A stretch of DNA of 64,000 bases from the IMG/VR virus record IMGVR_UViG_2671180029_000001. One strand, written 5' to 3'. This DNA comes from a virus. Lineage: Duplodnaviria; Caudoviricetes. Of the stretch, positions 1-9,300 are shown piece after piece. Position numbers and translations under genes: made by a program. Every line of letters begins with the position of its first letter. Positions within the stretch are counted from its first letter, which is position 1. The notes below the pieces were generated by a model. That model saw only the letters and a list, made by a program, of their open reading frames with translations, made no database searches and was not told the origin of the DNA.

Positions 1-268
1 CCTTGAATGATTCTGGTAGATAGCCTTCGCGTATAAGTTGATATCCGGCATCATGGACAAGCGAACCCGCCATTACGCTGGGTGTATCGATCGCCGGACC
101 GCTCGGACCGTCCCAGGCATATCGACGCTCGATAATCATCAAGCCGGATTTAAACAGCGTGATGTACTCGGTTACGATATCCTCAGCAGGAAAAATCTGA
201 GTCTGTACGAAATAGCGATTCTGAAGTAGGTATTTGTAACCGCCTTGATAGCAGAGCTCGGATCTCAT
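1..268 (-). CDS. DUF1353-like phage protein (runs off window edge)
   Basis: Manual translation MRSELCYQGGYKY...YAWDGPSGPAIDTPSVMAGSLVHDAGYQL; ATG overlaps the stop of the 265..801 ORF (ATGA); absent from the ORF track. Confidence 0.6.
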   Translation of the reverse strand, partial: MRSELCYQGGYKYLLQNRYFVQTQIFPAEDIVTEYITLFKSGLMIIERRYAWDGPSGPAIDTPSVMAGSLVHDAGYQLIREGYLPESFK

Positions 269-801
269 GGATAAACAATCTCCATATTTGGCAGCGCAAA
301 TTTATCAAGCAAAACTTTACAAGCGTTTTTCCCTTCCTCTATTTCTCGGAAGGTATTCCGAATAGCCTGTTCTGCTCCTGGATCCAGTTCTTGCCAGTAA
401 ACTTCCTCACCTGTTCCACCAGTTCCGCCGGAATTTGAGCCTTTGGCTTCTCCGGCGGCACTACAACTCGTTGGCTTTTGGGTGCTGACGTACATGCGAT
501 GTTTGCGAGACTCAGCAAGATCACGATCAAGATCATTACGAAGTTTTTCAGATTCATTGAATGCCCCTATCAAATCGGATTTTTGTTTAAGCAAAGCCGC
601 TTCATACTTTGCCCGTTCCTGCGCCAATAGCTCTGCCGCCTCCTTGTCGGTTTTGGCTTTGTCTTCCTGCCAAATAGCGCGCTCGTGCAGACGTCCGCTA
701 TCAAAGATTTTGTAAGTAACAATGGCTATCAATGCCAATACAATGGTGATTGCTGCAATGATTAAGCCGGTTTTGATTAATGTTGGCGAAGGTAGACTCA
801 T
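265..801 (-). CDS. Inner-membrane spanin (Rz-like)
   Basis: N-terminal TM helix, coiled-coil periplasmic region, embedded lipoprotein ORF, follows a holin-like gene. Confidence 0.6.
   Translation of the reverse strand: MSLPSPTLIKTGLIIAAITIVLALIAIVTYKIFDSGRLHERAIWQEDKAKTDKEAAELLAQERAKYEAALLKQKSDLIGAFNESEKLRNDLDRDLAESRKHRMYVSTQKPTSCSAAGEAKGSNSGGTGGTGEEVYWQELDPGAEQAIRNTFREIEEGKNACKVLLDKFALPNMEIVYP
339..557 (-). CDS. Outer-membrane spanin lipoprotein (Rz1-like), embedded in Rz
   Basis: Signal peptide with lipobox-like LANIA-C, Pro-rich mature part, fully nested in another frame of 265..801. Confidence 0.65.
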   Translation of the reverse strand: MNLKNFVMILIVILLSLANIACTSAPKSQRVVVPPEKPKAQIPAELVEQVRKFTGKNWIQEQNRLFGIPSEK

Positions 802-1049
802 TTTGATTTTTCCCAGTACAATTTCGATAAGTACCCGGTTAAAGCGGTAATTGGTGCGTGTACCGCTGTGATGATTGCGGCAAGCTGGAGGCCATCAACA
901 TGCTCGGCATTATTGTTAGCAAACTCGAAAGCCCACACCGTTACCAGATAAGTCATGAAGCAGATGAACAGCATTAAAAGTCGACGAAAAAGTTTGTGGT
1001 CGTCGAATTGGCTATGAAATTTTGCGGATAATGTTTTGATACCTTCCAT
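798..1049 (-). CDS. Putative holin (2 TM)
   Basis: 83 aa, two hydrophobic segments, charged C-terminus, overlaps the spanin start. Confidence 0.55.
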   Translation of the reverse strand: MEGIKTLSAKFHSQFDDHKLFRRLLMLFICFMTYLVTVWAFEFANNNAEHVDGLQLAAIITAVHAPITALTGYLSKLYWEKSK

Positions 1050-1088
1050 TTGGAAGGAATGATGGCACTGCTGATCTAGATGGATAAG

Positions 1089-1104
1089 CGGGAACCGGTT
1101 CCCG
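1089..1104. promoter_or_regulatory. Perfect 16-bp palindrome upstream of holin/spanin genes
   Basis: CGGGAACCGGTTCCCG between the Mor-like gene stop and the holin start. Confidence 0.3.
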
Positions 1105-1115
1105 TGAATGATTTG

Positions 1116-1511
1116 CTAGAATAAAGCGGGTTGCTCTATTACCTGGGGATGTTTATTTCTGTGGAGAATTTTAGAGATTTGGCGCTCAGTCAGTCCATAC
1201 TTGCGCGCAACTTTTGATCGGCTGAGAACTTTCTTGTCGTTGAGTATCTCAATATTTCTTAACTCTAAGGTTAACATTTGAGCTTTAGGGATTTCTATTC
1301 TGTCATAACCCCCGAACTTTTCACAAATTTTTGTGGCTGAATCGATGCCAAGAACGGCAATCAACTCATGCCCTACTTTGAGCTTTCGGGGTATATATAC
1401 GCTGGTACCGCCATAGTGACGCACGAGTTTCAGCGTGTCAGAAATGCCGATTTCCTGCGCTATTTCTTGCAGGGTTTTTGGCAGCAATGAGATGTTGATA
1501 TCCGACGTCAT
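1116..1511 (-). CDS. Mor/C-family transcription activator
   Basis: LPKTLQEIAQEIG...LVRHYGGTSVYIP...IEIPK plus C-terminal HTH (VARKYGLTERQISKIL), typical of Mu Mor/C. Confidence 0.8.
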   Translation of the reverse strand: MTSDINISLLPKTLQEIAQEIGISDTLKLVRHYGGTSVYIPRKLKVGHELIAVLGIDSATKICEKFGGYDRIEIPKAQMLTLELRNIEILNDKKVLSRSKVARKYGLTERQISKILHRNKHPQVIEQPALF

Positions 1512-1517
1512 GAGATG

Positions 1518-1760
1518 CTATTTATCAGGCAATATCCATGCACGAATAACGATAGCGTGATCTCGCACCCAATCCAGCGATAGACCGATAACAACAAGTG
1601 TGCCGACCACAATTCGGCCAGCAAACATATACCTTTTCATATCCGCTACGTCTTTCATCATTTGTTCCTGGTTGTGCAGCATTACCTTGATCTGCTCAGG
1701 AGTCATTGGACATGATTCGGTGGCATGATCTGATCGTCTTCGTCTTGGTGTAAAGTACAT
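1518..1760 (-). CDS. Small membrane protein (holin/antiholin-like)
   Basis: Short coiled coil followed by one TM segment. Confidence 0.4.
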   Translation of the reverse strand: MYFTPRRRRSDHATESCPMTPEQIKVMLHNQEQMMKDVADMKRYMFAGRIVVGTLVVIGLSLDWVRDHAIVIRAWILPDK

Positions 1761-1762
1761 TT

Positions 1763-2602
1763 TTATACCTCCACAATGCGTTTGGACGCGCTGTATCGTT
1801 GGAAAAATGGAAGTGTTACAGATAAATCCTGGTCTAACTTGCCGTATATTTGTTGTGATAATTGTTCTTCCGTGATGGGACCGTTTCCAGGAACAAGACT
1901 TATGAACAATGGCTGACTTTTTCCAATAGATCGAAATAAATTGTTAAGCGCTGCTTTATCCTGAGCATCCATGGCTTGCATGGAAAATTCCATCGCGCGT
2001 GTGATGGTGCCGCGATCGGTTATCAGATCACCAGCCGACGTTCTCATCCCGGTTGTGGTATCGATGAAATCAGTCTTGGCACCATAATCAGCGTTTTCAT
2101 TCGGCTCCCAGAATTTACCGGCAATGATTCGGCTGATTTCAATGTATCCGTCCGGATTACCCGCGCTGGTTAATTCAATCTCCATTCTTTCAACACCTGA
2201 AACGGAATTAAAGAAAGCAGAGACGTGCGCTCCGCCGCCGTAAGCAAATGAAGCCGAACCGATAGAATCAAATCCAACCGGAGGGTCGTAATTGTAAGTA
2301 ACCGGAATCGCGCCCGTATCATGTAACAGAGTACCGGCAGCTGGGTCATCATAAAGTGTGATCTGGAACGTGGATCCCGCAATCAGGTTTGTAAATGCCA
2401 GCGCTACGCCACTGATTTCCTGAGCGCTTGCCCAAGTAATGATCATTTTTGGTGACGAGAGATCTACCGACCTCCAGGTTTTAGCTTTTTGATCATCTTT
2501 GAGGTTGCTAAGCTGATGTCCGATAACGGATCCCGGAACTGACATTGCGGCCCCGGAGTGATCGTCAAAAATATTTTTGTACAATATTCTAAGATTTGAC
2601 AT
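1763..2602 (-). CDS. Tail tip protein, distal-tail (Dit)-like
   Basis: Beta-rich; likely start MSNLRIL at 2602; position in tail module. Confidence 0.5.
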   Translation of the reverse strand: MSNLRILYKNIFDDHSGAAMSVPGSVIGHQLSNLKDDQKAKTWRSVDLSSPKMIITWASAQEISGVALAFTNLIAGSTFQITLYDDPAAGTLLHDTGAIPVTYNYDPPVGFDSIGSASFAYGGGAHVSAFFNSVSGVERMEIELTSAGNPDGYIEISRIIAGKFWEPNENADYGAKTDFIDTTTGMRTSAGDLITDRGTITRAMEFSMQAMDAQDKAALNNLFRSIGKSQPLFISLVPGNGPITEEQLSQQIYGKLDQDLSVTLPFFQRYSASKRIVEV

Positions 2603-2975
2603 TTTTATTGGCTTCTTCCAATTCAAGCTCAGTTTTAGCTATCGCCGCGGCAATGGCTTCTTTCTTGATTTTTTCCTGCATGATTTTTTCGCGCTCCGCG
2701 ACAACGTTCGCACGTCCCAGGTCAACGAATTGCCATAAGTCTTCTTTTCTGAACACGCCGGCAGGCTTGGTTTCTGTAGCGGCCATGAGATTGTCGTAAC
2801 CGACGCCTTGAATGATGAAGTTTTCATAGTTCTGTTCTTCGGCAGCTTTAAACTCACCATCCGGCAAGATCGTGCCAAATCCAACCATTACCCGAACCAT
2901 ACGACCAGGCAAATGGTGCTCATAAGCCACAATGTCTTCATCTTGATCAAGTATTACTTCACGCTTTCTGGACAT
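2589..2975 (-). CDS. Hypothetical tail-associated protein (possible fibre assembly factor)
   Basis: Overlap-coupled to the tail fibre gene. Confidence 0.45.
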   Translation of the reverse strand: MSRKREVILDQDEDIVAYEHHLPGRMVRVMVGFGTILPDGEFKAAEEQNYENFIIQGVGYDNLMAATETKPAGVFRKEDLWQFVDLGRANVVAEREKIMQEKIKKEAIAAAIAKTELELEEANKNVKS

Positions 2976-4218
2976 CTATAACCCTCCCTTTACGTTTGCC
3001 GGATTTCAATAAATTAACCTCTGCTGATAGTTCCTGGATTGCTTTTATGATGGGAGAAACCAAGCCGTTGTAATCCACTCCTCCGGTTCCGTCATTATTC
3101 AGGCTGGCTAATGAGTCTTTTCTATTTCCCAATAATTTAACGACTTCTTGATATATCAATCCGTGCGCAAGCAACTCTGGATTTTCAATCATTCTGAACG
3201 TTCTTGCGGTAAGTGAATTAATGAAATCCAAACCCAAAAATTCATGTTCTATTTCTGTTTTAAGTCTGGCGTCAGAAATATTTTCGATATAAGCAAAATT
3301 AGATGTGCCTCTCGTTCTAACTGTGGCCGCCAAAGAGCCAGTCACATTCAAATTAAAACCATTCCCAGAAACAGTACAAGTTCCAGTGTTGCAGGGCACA
3401 ATGTTGCATAAAGCCGATGCATGTTTTCCGTCAACCATGTCAGCATTAAGATTTGTTACCAGTGTTGTATTTGTCATGGTCATTCGACCGCCAACATATA
3501 GAGCTACGCCACCAGCTACGTGTGTTGCTCTTACGCCAGTTGCATTAACGCCGGTTCCTTCTCCAAAGACGCCATATCCGGTGGAGGAAGATCCTTTCAA
3601 TCCGGAGTCAGTAGAGCCGTTTCCGGAAAATGCCGATACCCCATTATCAGCTGTGCCGTTCAAGTTTGCGTGCAAAGATGCCTGCCTGCCGCCCAAAGTT
3701 GCCGAACCGGTAAAGCTTCCGTATCCAGAAATGGAAATGTCGCCACCGCCAACAATATCTCCGCCGAAACTTGGGTTGCCTGAAACCGGTATATTTACCA
3801 TTAGCACGCCAGATTGGTACATTCTGAACCCGTTAGCATCGCCAACCCATCCAGTAGATGGATTGCTGCCGACTACCGCGAGTTGGGTGCTTTTCAGAGA
3901 TTTGATGTATTCGCTACTGGAATTCAATGCATTGAATCCACGACCTGCACCGGTAACTTGGTTAGCGTTTGTACGAAAAAAAGTCACGCCATCATTGATA
4001 TCATCCAGATCACCGGATATTTGGGTGAGATTAACATTGTGTGGATTTCCACTGGAAGAGGCATGCGCAGCTGCGTTTGCTGCATTTGTAACGACAGTAT
4101 TGACGGGGGTGCCGCCAAGTGTGCCATTAACATTAACATTCGTACCCAGATTGACAGAAATGGTGCGTGGAGTATCCGCTTGCAGGAAAGCATCAAGATC
4201 GTTGAGGATCGCGGCCAT
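2959..4218 (-). CDS. Tail fibre/spike with C-terminal intramolecular chaperone (peptidase S74)
   Basis: Gly/Ser/Asn-rich body; SDARLKTEIE...LDFINSL...HGLIYQEV...GVDYNGLVSPIIKAIQEL chaperone signature. Confidence 0.78.
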   Translation of the reverse strand: MAAILNDLDAFLQADTPRTISVNLGTNVNVNGTLGGTPVNTVVTNAANAAAHASSSGNPHNVNLTQISGDLDDINDGVTFFRTNANQVTGAGRGFNALNSSSEYIKSLKSTQLAVVGSNPSTGWVGDANGFRMYQSGVLMVNIPVSGNPSFGGDIVGGGDISISGYGSFTGSATLGGRQASLHANLNGTADNGVSAFSGNGSTDSGLKGSSSTGYGVFGEGTGVNATGVRATHVAGGVALYVGGRMTMTNTTLVTNLNADMVDGKHASALCNIVPCNTGTCTVSGNGFNLNVTGSLAATVRTRGTSNFAYIENISDARLKTEIEHEFLGLDFINSLTARTFRMIENPELLAHGLIYQEVVKLLGNRKDSLASLNNDGTGGVDYNGLVSPIIKAIQELSAEVNLLKSGKRKGRVIDVQKA

Positions 4219-5672
4219 TACACAAATACCTCGACCTGCGAGTACAGGGTTGACCAGTCTATGGACAGTCCGATAACCTGACCGTCCTTGCCGGAATCTA
4301 GCCCGAAGCGCGGATAAGTCAATGTCACAGCTCGACCAAGAAATAATTCAACAAGTCTGGGTTTACCGGTAAAAGTAATTACAAAACGAGGTGTTTTATA
4401 AAGATTAAGCGATCTATTACCCTCATTGATTGAATCCGATGCAGTAAGTAGCAAGGTATCAATTGGTATGGGCTCACTGTCAAGCGCGTAATTTGATTTT
4501 ACTGTTGCATCCTCTACAGTTACGCTTGCGTATTCAGACGCATAGATTTTCTTATGTGATTCTGGAATGCCGGTCAGCAATTCTGGTTGAATAGTCCAAT
4601 TCTTATTGTAATTAACCTTGAATGCCGCCTTGACAGGCAACTTTTTGGAAATTCTGATTGTGTTTTCAAAGATATCATCCGGGCCAATCTCAAACGGGGT
4701 GCCGGGTGCCGGTAGTTCAAGTTTTAGTAACTGCAATTTCCCGAGTCGGGACATAACTAACTGCGCACCAACGCTGGACGCAAGCTGGTTGCATATGCCT
4801 AGGGTATTCTCACGCGCACTGATATAAATCCCAACCGGCTGAGGATTGGCTGAATCGAAGGCCGATAATTGGGCAGAATCCAGATCTCCGGAAGTGAATT
4901 TGTTGGCGCCACCGTAATTTTGTACGATTCTTTGGATAATCGATGCAACTGTAGTATTCCATGATGCAGGTTTATCGCCTTGTACGCTAAGTGTGACTTT
5001 GCCAAAAGGTTGTACAGTAAGTGTAAATTTTCCATGCGCAATATCATTAACCAGTCCAACAGGAACGCCATTGACACGAACCTCAAGATTCTCTTCTATG
5101 GCGGATTGATGTGTCTGAAATTCCAGCGTAGCCGGGTTGCTCAATAACGGCGAAACATTGAAACATTCACCGAAACACAATGGAATAATCTCGTTTTTAT
5201 TGGGCGTGGATCCACCCAGTTTTGTTTCTGTGATGGGCGTATTCAACCGCTGCAACTTGTCGCGCACTTTGATGTTCAGAGTTTGCGCTGATCGGCTATC
5301 AATATCTTCAATGGTACCGCTGAATATTGTCACAAAGTCGGAGCGTAACCAGCGCACGTCACCGGCATAGATGTTTATTGCTTTGTTAACCCAGATATCG
5401 TTTAACCAGCTATCAAGCGCTCCGTCAACATTGACGAGCTCGACGTCTCCAAATGACATGGAAGGCGAAGAATCTATGCTCATGCGCTCTATTAGCTGGA
5501 TTGAATTCGCTGAAACGATCGGCTCATAAATCCTTCCGGCCACATCATCTGAATAATTCTTTGTAGACAAATAATGGGTAGTATTCACGCCTGCAATATT
5601 CGATACAGCCTCGACCAGAATGCACCTGATCGCGGTTGTGTCTTGGAGCCAGGCTGTGAAATTGACTGCCAT
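4218..5672 (-). CDS. Tail tip hub protein
   Basis: 484 aa, IIPLCFGECFNVSP motif, located after the tape measure gene. Confidence 0.6.
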   Translation of the reverse strand: MAVNFTAWLQDTTAIRCILVEAVSNIAGVNTTHYLSTKNYSDDVAGRIYEPIVSANSIQLIERMSIDSSPSMSFGDVELVNVDGALDSWLNDIWVNKAINIYAGDVRWLRSDFVTIFSGTIEDIDSRSAQTLNIKVRDKLQRLNTPITETKLGGSTPNKNEIIPLCFGECFNVSPLLSNPATLEFQTHQSAIEENLEVRVNGVPVGLVNDIAHGKFTLTVQPFGKVTLSVQGDKPASWNTTVASIIQRIVQNYGGANKFTSGDLDSAQLSAFDSANPQPVGIYISARENTLGICNQLASSVGAQLVMSRLGKLQLLKLELPAPGTPFEIGPDDIFENTIRISKKLPVKAAFKVNYNKNWTIQPELLTGIPESHKKIYASEYASVTVEDATVKSNYALDSEPIPIDTLLLTASDSINEGNRSLNLYKTPRFVITFTGKPRLVELFLGRAVTLTYPRFGLDSGKDGQVIGLSIDWSTLYSQVEVFV

Positions 5673-5674
5673 AA

Positions 5675-6139
5675 TTAAGCTATCAATCCCACTTGTCGAG
5701 ATTTGCCTTTAATTGTCAGGCATTGCATGCGGTTTTTCCCGCTAACGATTGAGCAATGCACCCAACCGGAATTCGGAATGCCAGAGGTGTAATTCTCGAG
5801 TATTAGCTGGTCGTAAATCAGGCTGGTTGATATCCAAGTAGCCAGGTCATAGTTTGAAATACCCGGTATCTCAAAATCAACCGCCTCTCCGCGAATATGC
5901 TGTGATGTATTACCGCTACCGATAGCCTTGTTCAATTCCGGACACCGGAAACCGCTGCTGGGTTTAAATGCTGCATGGAAATGATCGCGCACCGGTTCAA
6001 GAATCCTGCAGCAAACTATTTTCAGTCTTTCAATAACTTCATCAGGAGGTGTGTTATCAATTCCTAGCTCCACCGCTTTGTCAGAGTGAATAAGCTCACC
6101 AAGGGTGAAATGAGGTGAAAGGTTTTGATTAATATTCAT
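5675..6139 (-). CDS. Endolysin, peptidase M15A family
   Basis: LSPHFTLGE, SSGFRCPELNKAIG, SQHIRGEAVD, WVHCS zinc-peptidase motifs. Confidence 0.85.
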   Translation of the reverse strand: MNINQNLSPHFTLGELIHSDKAVELGIDNTPPDEVIERLKIVCCRILEPVRDHFHAAFKPSSGFRCPELNKAIGSGNTSQHIRGEAVDFEIPGISNYDLATWISTSLIYDQLILENYTSGIPNSGWVHCSIVSGKNRMQCLTIKGKSRQVGLIA

Positions 6140-6307
6140 TTGTTATATTTAGATAAGTTTTCTAATTGAGCGTCAATATCAGCACAGTTACTACCATTCG
6201 CAGACATTGTTGCGCGCTTTTGCTTAAGTCTTTTTATCCAGTTTTTAAGTAGACCGGGAGCAATGTATTTATTATTCAGAACGGGTTTCTCCATTTTTTT
6301 ACTCGTT

Positions 6308-9300
6308 TTATGCAATTTTTGGTTCTCTTGATTCATTCCACTGCCTGCGGTTTTCAACTTCAATCAAAGCTTCTGCAATTACCTTGGCGTTTTGTTTGTT
6401 TGTGATATCTGTAGCAGCGATCATGTCGCCAGTTTGTTCATTTTGCTCTTGTCGCAGTTGCACGATTTCTTCGCGCAACTTCCTAATCTCATCAGTCGTT
6501 GATGATGGAACAATGGCTTCAGCACGGTGAACCATGGCAAGACCTGATTTTTGAATAAAGTCAGTTCCACGAGCAAATGATTGCAATCCGTTATCCCGGA
6601 CAAATTTTTCAATGTCGGTTAGGGATATTCCGGACACGCTGGATAATCTTCGGGATGAAATTCCATTGGCGCGCGCGGCGTTGTATATCGCCATCGGATT
6701 GTTTCGATTGGCATTTACGAAATCGATAATCTGTTTATCAGTAACGCTGGCCCCACCGAGGGATTGGTTGAGTTTAGAAATGTCATAACCCGCAGCTGAT
6801 AACTGACCGCTTGAAACTCCGAATTCAGCCGCTTTAGTTCCCACCTGCTGAGGTGTCAATCCAGGATTGGCAGCAAGATAATCTTTGATCGTTTGAGTCG
6901 ATATTGATGGATTACCCGCACCCTTCAAACTTGTGGCAACCAACTCTTTAACCATATCGGCAGTGGTTTTGGTATTTTGGTTAATATCAACCAGATTGCC
7001 TACACTGTCGTCGAGCGCTTTCAATTGCTGCGTAGTGATATCCACTTGGGAAAGTGCAACGCCCTCAGCATTTTTGAGAACGCTCTGAACCAAATTAAAA
7101 TCACTGACAAACGCAGCAGAAGATGCGTTGTAGGTTTGGCTGGCCTTCAAGAATTCTTGCGCAACATTGGGCAATTTGGCCAGCGCGTTTTGATCGCCGG
7201 TGGCTGCTTTCAACCGCACTTCGTTGAATTGTTGTCTCGCCTCATCCAGTTTTTGGCGTGGGGTTAAAGGCGATAACTCTCCGAGCAATAAACTTTGCCG
7301 GAAATCTCTCAATTGGCCGGCAAGATCCTTGAATTTAGAAATCGTGCCTTCAAGTTCTGAGCGCTCTTTTTGGTAGGTGGAAGTCAGTTCATTTCTGATA
7401 TCCAGCAAAGAACGCTCGTTTTCGACCAAACTATTTGTGCTTTGATTGAGCTTGGTTCGTAGTTTGTCTACATTGTCGAATTTCTCGATGACGTCAAGCA
7501 AACCAATATACTGATCTTTAGTTACGCCACCAACGGCTCCTACACTTTGAACAAGCTTCGTGAATTCATCGCGCGTAATCGAAGCTGAAAACCCAAGCTT
7601 GTTCATCTGAATGGACAGATCTTCAAACATCACCTTGAACTTGGTTGAATCGTCTACAAAGTTATCGATGAAGAATCCGATTTTCTGGCCAGCCGCATCC
7701 ACACCACCTAATTGATCAACAACTTCCGTGCGGAATGTAGCAGGAAGGCTAAGAATTGCATCACGCGCCTCTTTCAATGATCTACCCGTGGATAAGGCAG
7801 CAGTATTCAGCACATCGAACTCTGCACTCAATCGGGAGAGCGTTTGGATATTCGTCTCGCCTGATTTGGCTATTACATCAATTTGGGCCAGGACTCCCCC
7901 GGCGATTTCATTGCCCAGGTTATCCAGTAATTCTTGAATCGCTTCTTCGGTTAAGCGCTTGCCTTTTTCCGATCTCAGGTCAATTTCTTTGGAGAAATTG
8001 GTTACTGAATCTGTACTCAGCCCAAGATTGTCAGCGAATCCTTTGACAGAAGTGCCGAACCCTTTGAGCGTGTTATCAAATAGATCAAGGAATGCAGCTT
8101 CATTCGGTGATGCTTGCTCACGGTGCTTATTGCCGACAAACAGTCCGCCTTTTGCCCGGAAAACGTCGGTAACTCTACCGTCAAAACCTTCTCCGGATGC
8201 CTTGCCTATGAGTGCTTCCTGACGGAATTTAAGCGGCCCGTGTCCGAACAGTAAAGCACCCAGGCTTCCGATCACAGGAATAGAATCAATAATTTTGCTA
8301 CCTGTTGATTTATTACCGGCAAGCATTCTGAATACCACATCGGCGATCGCTGCCACCGCAAGCGGTCCCGCAGCTGCGGCTACGGATGAACCCAGTCCAG
8401 CTGCGGCCCCCATTCCTGAACCGCCGATTGCGGTACCAGCGCCGCCGATAAATGCCGTCCCCGCACCACCGGCAGCGCTAAATACTCCGGCGCCGGTTCC
8501 AGCCAAACCAGCTCCAAATGCCCCCACCGATCCTGGCAGCATAGACAATCCCCGCCCAACCAAGGATGGAATACCAAACCCGCTGCGCAAACCTGACTTT
8601 AAGCTATTGCCCAGACTTGCTATGTTGAGGAAGTTTGCCGCGCTGTTGCCAGAGGATGATGCACCGCCGCCAAATCCTGAATTGAAGAGTGATGAGATAC
8701 CCGATGATTGAAGAATCTTAAACGCCGCAAATTCAGCAATCATCCTGCGAACAGCATCCGCAACACCGCGCACCATCCCTTCAAGACCGTCATCAAAGGG
8801 ATTGAACAGGAAATTGGCTAGTGAAGTTTGGATATTCCTCGCGCCCTGGATTGCAAACTGATCCAAGCTTCCGAATACATCCCGTCCGGTTTCTTTTACC
8901 TTGAATAATTCATCATTGGTTTTGGCCAATACCCGGTTGTAGGTTTCTTGCGACAATCCGGCTTGCCGTAAGCGATCGAGTTCTTGAGTTGTGGCCGCGA
9001 GTCTTTCTTGTGGGCTGGCAACAGATTCAGTAAGTGATTTAACCCTTTGCAGATCTTTTTCAAGCGCAAGAGCGGTTTCCTGTTTTTGAGAAAGTTGCGC
9101 ATATGCATTCGCGCTTGCCATGATTTCCAATCGAAGTTTCTCGTTTGGAGCTTTGGACGCAGCATTAGCAGCGGCAAGCATTTTTCTCTGAATTGCATTT
9201 AAACCGATTTCTTTTGATTCAAGCTTCAGGGAATCAATAACCTTTTGAGCGCTGTCTACCTCTCGTTTAGCATCGTTTTGGCGCTGTAGAGATAATCTTT

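Noticed and set aside
3305-4276. 323-aa antisense ORF spanning the tail fibre gene
   Set aside because: Shadow of Gly/Thr/Ser/Asn-rich codons; Pro-rich product with no motif and no RBS
6136-6363. 75-aa ORF between tape measure and endolysin
   Set aside because: Overlaps the tape measure end; a shorter version may be real but is unsupported
8295-8711. Ala/Pro-rich antisense ORFs in the tape measure gene (also 9474..10025)
   Set aside because: Mirror of Gly/Ala-rich sense codons; no independent evidence
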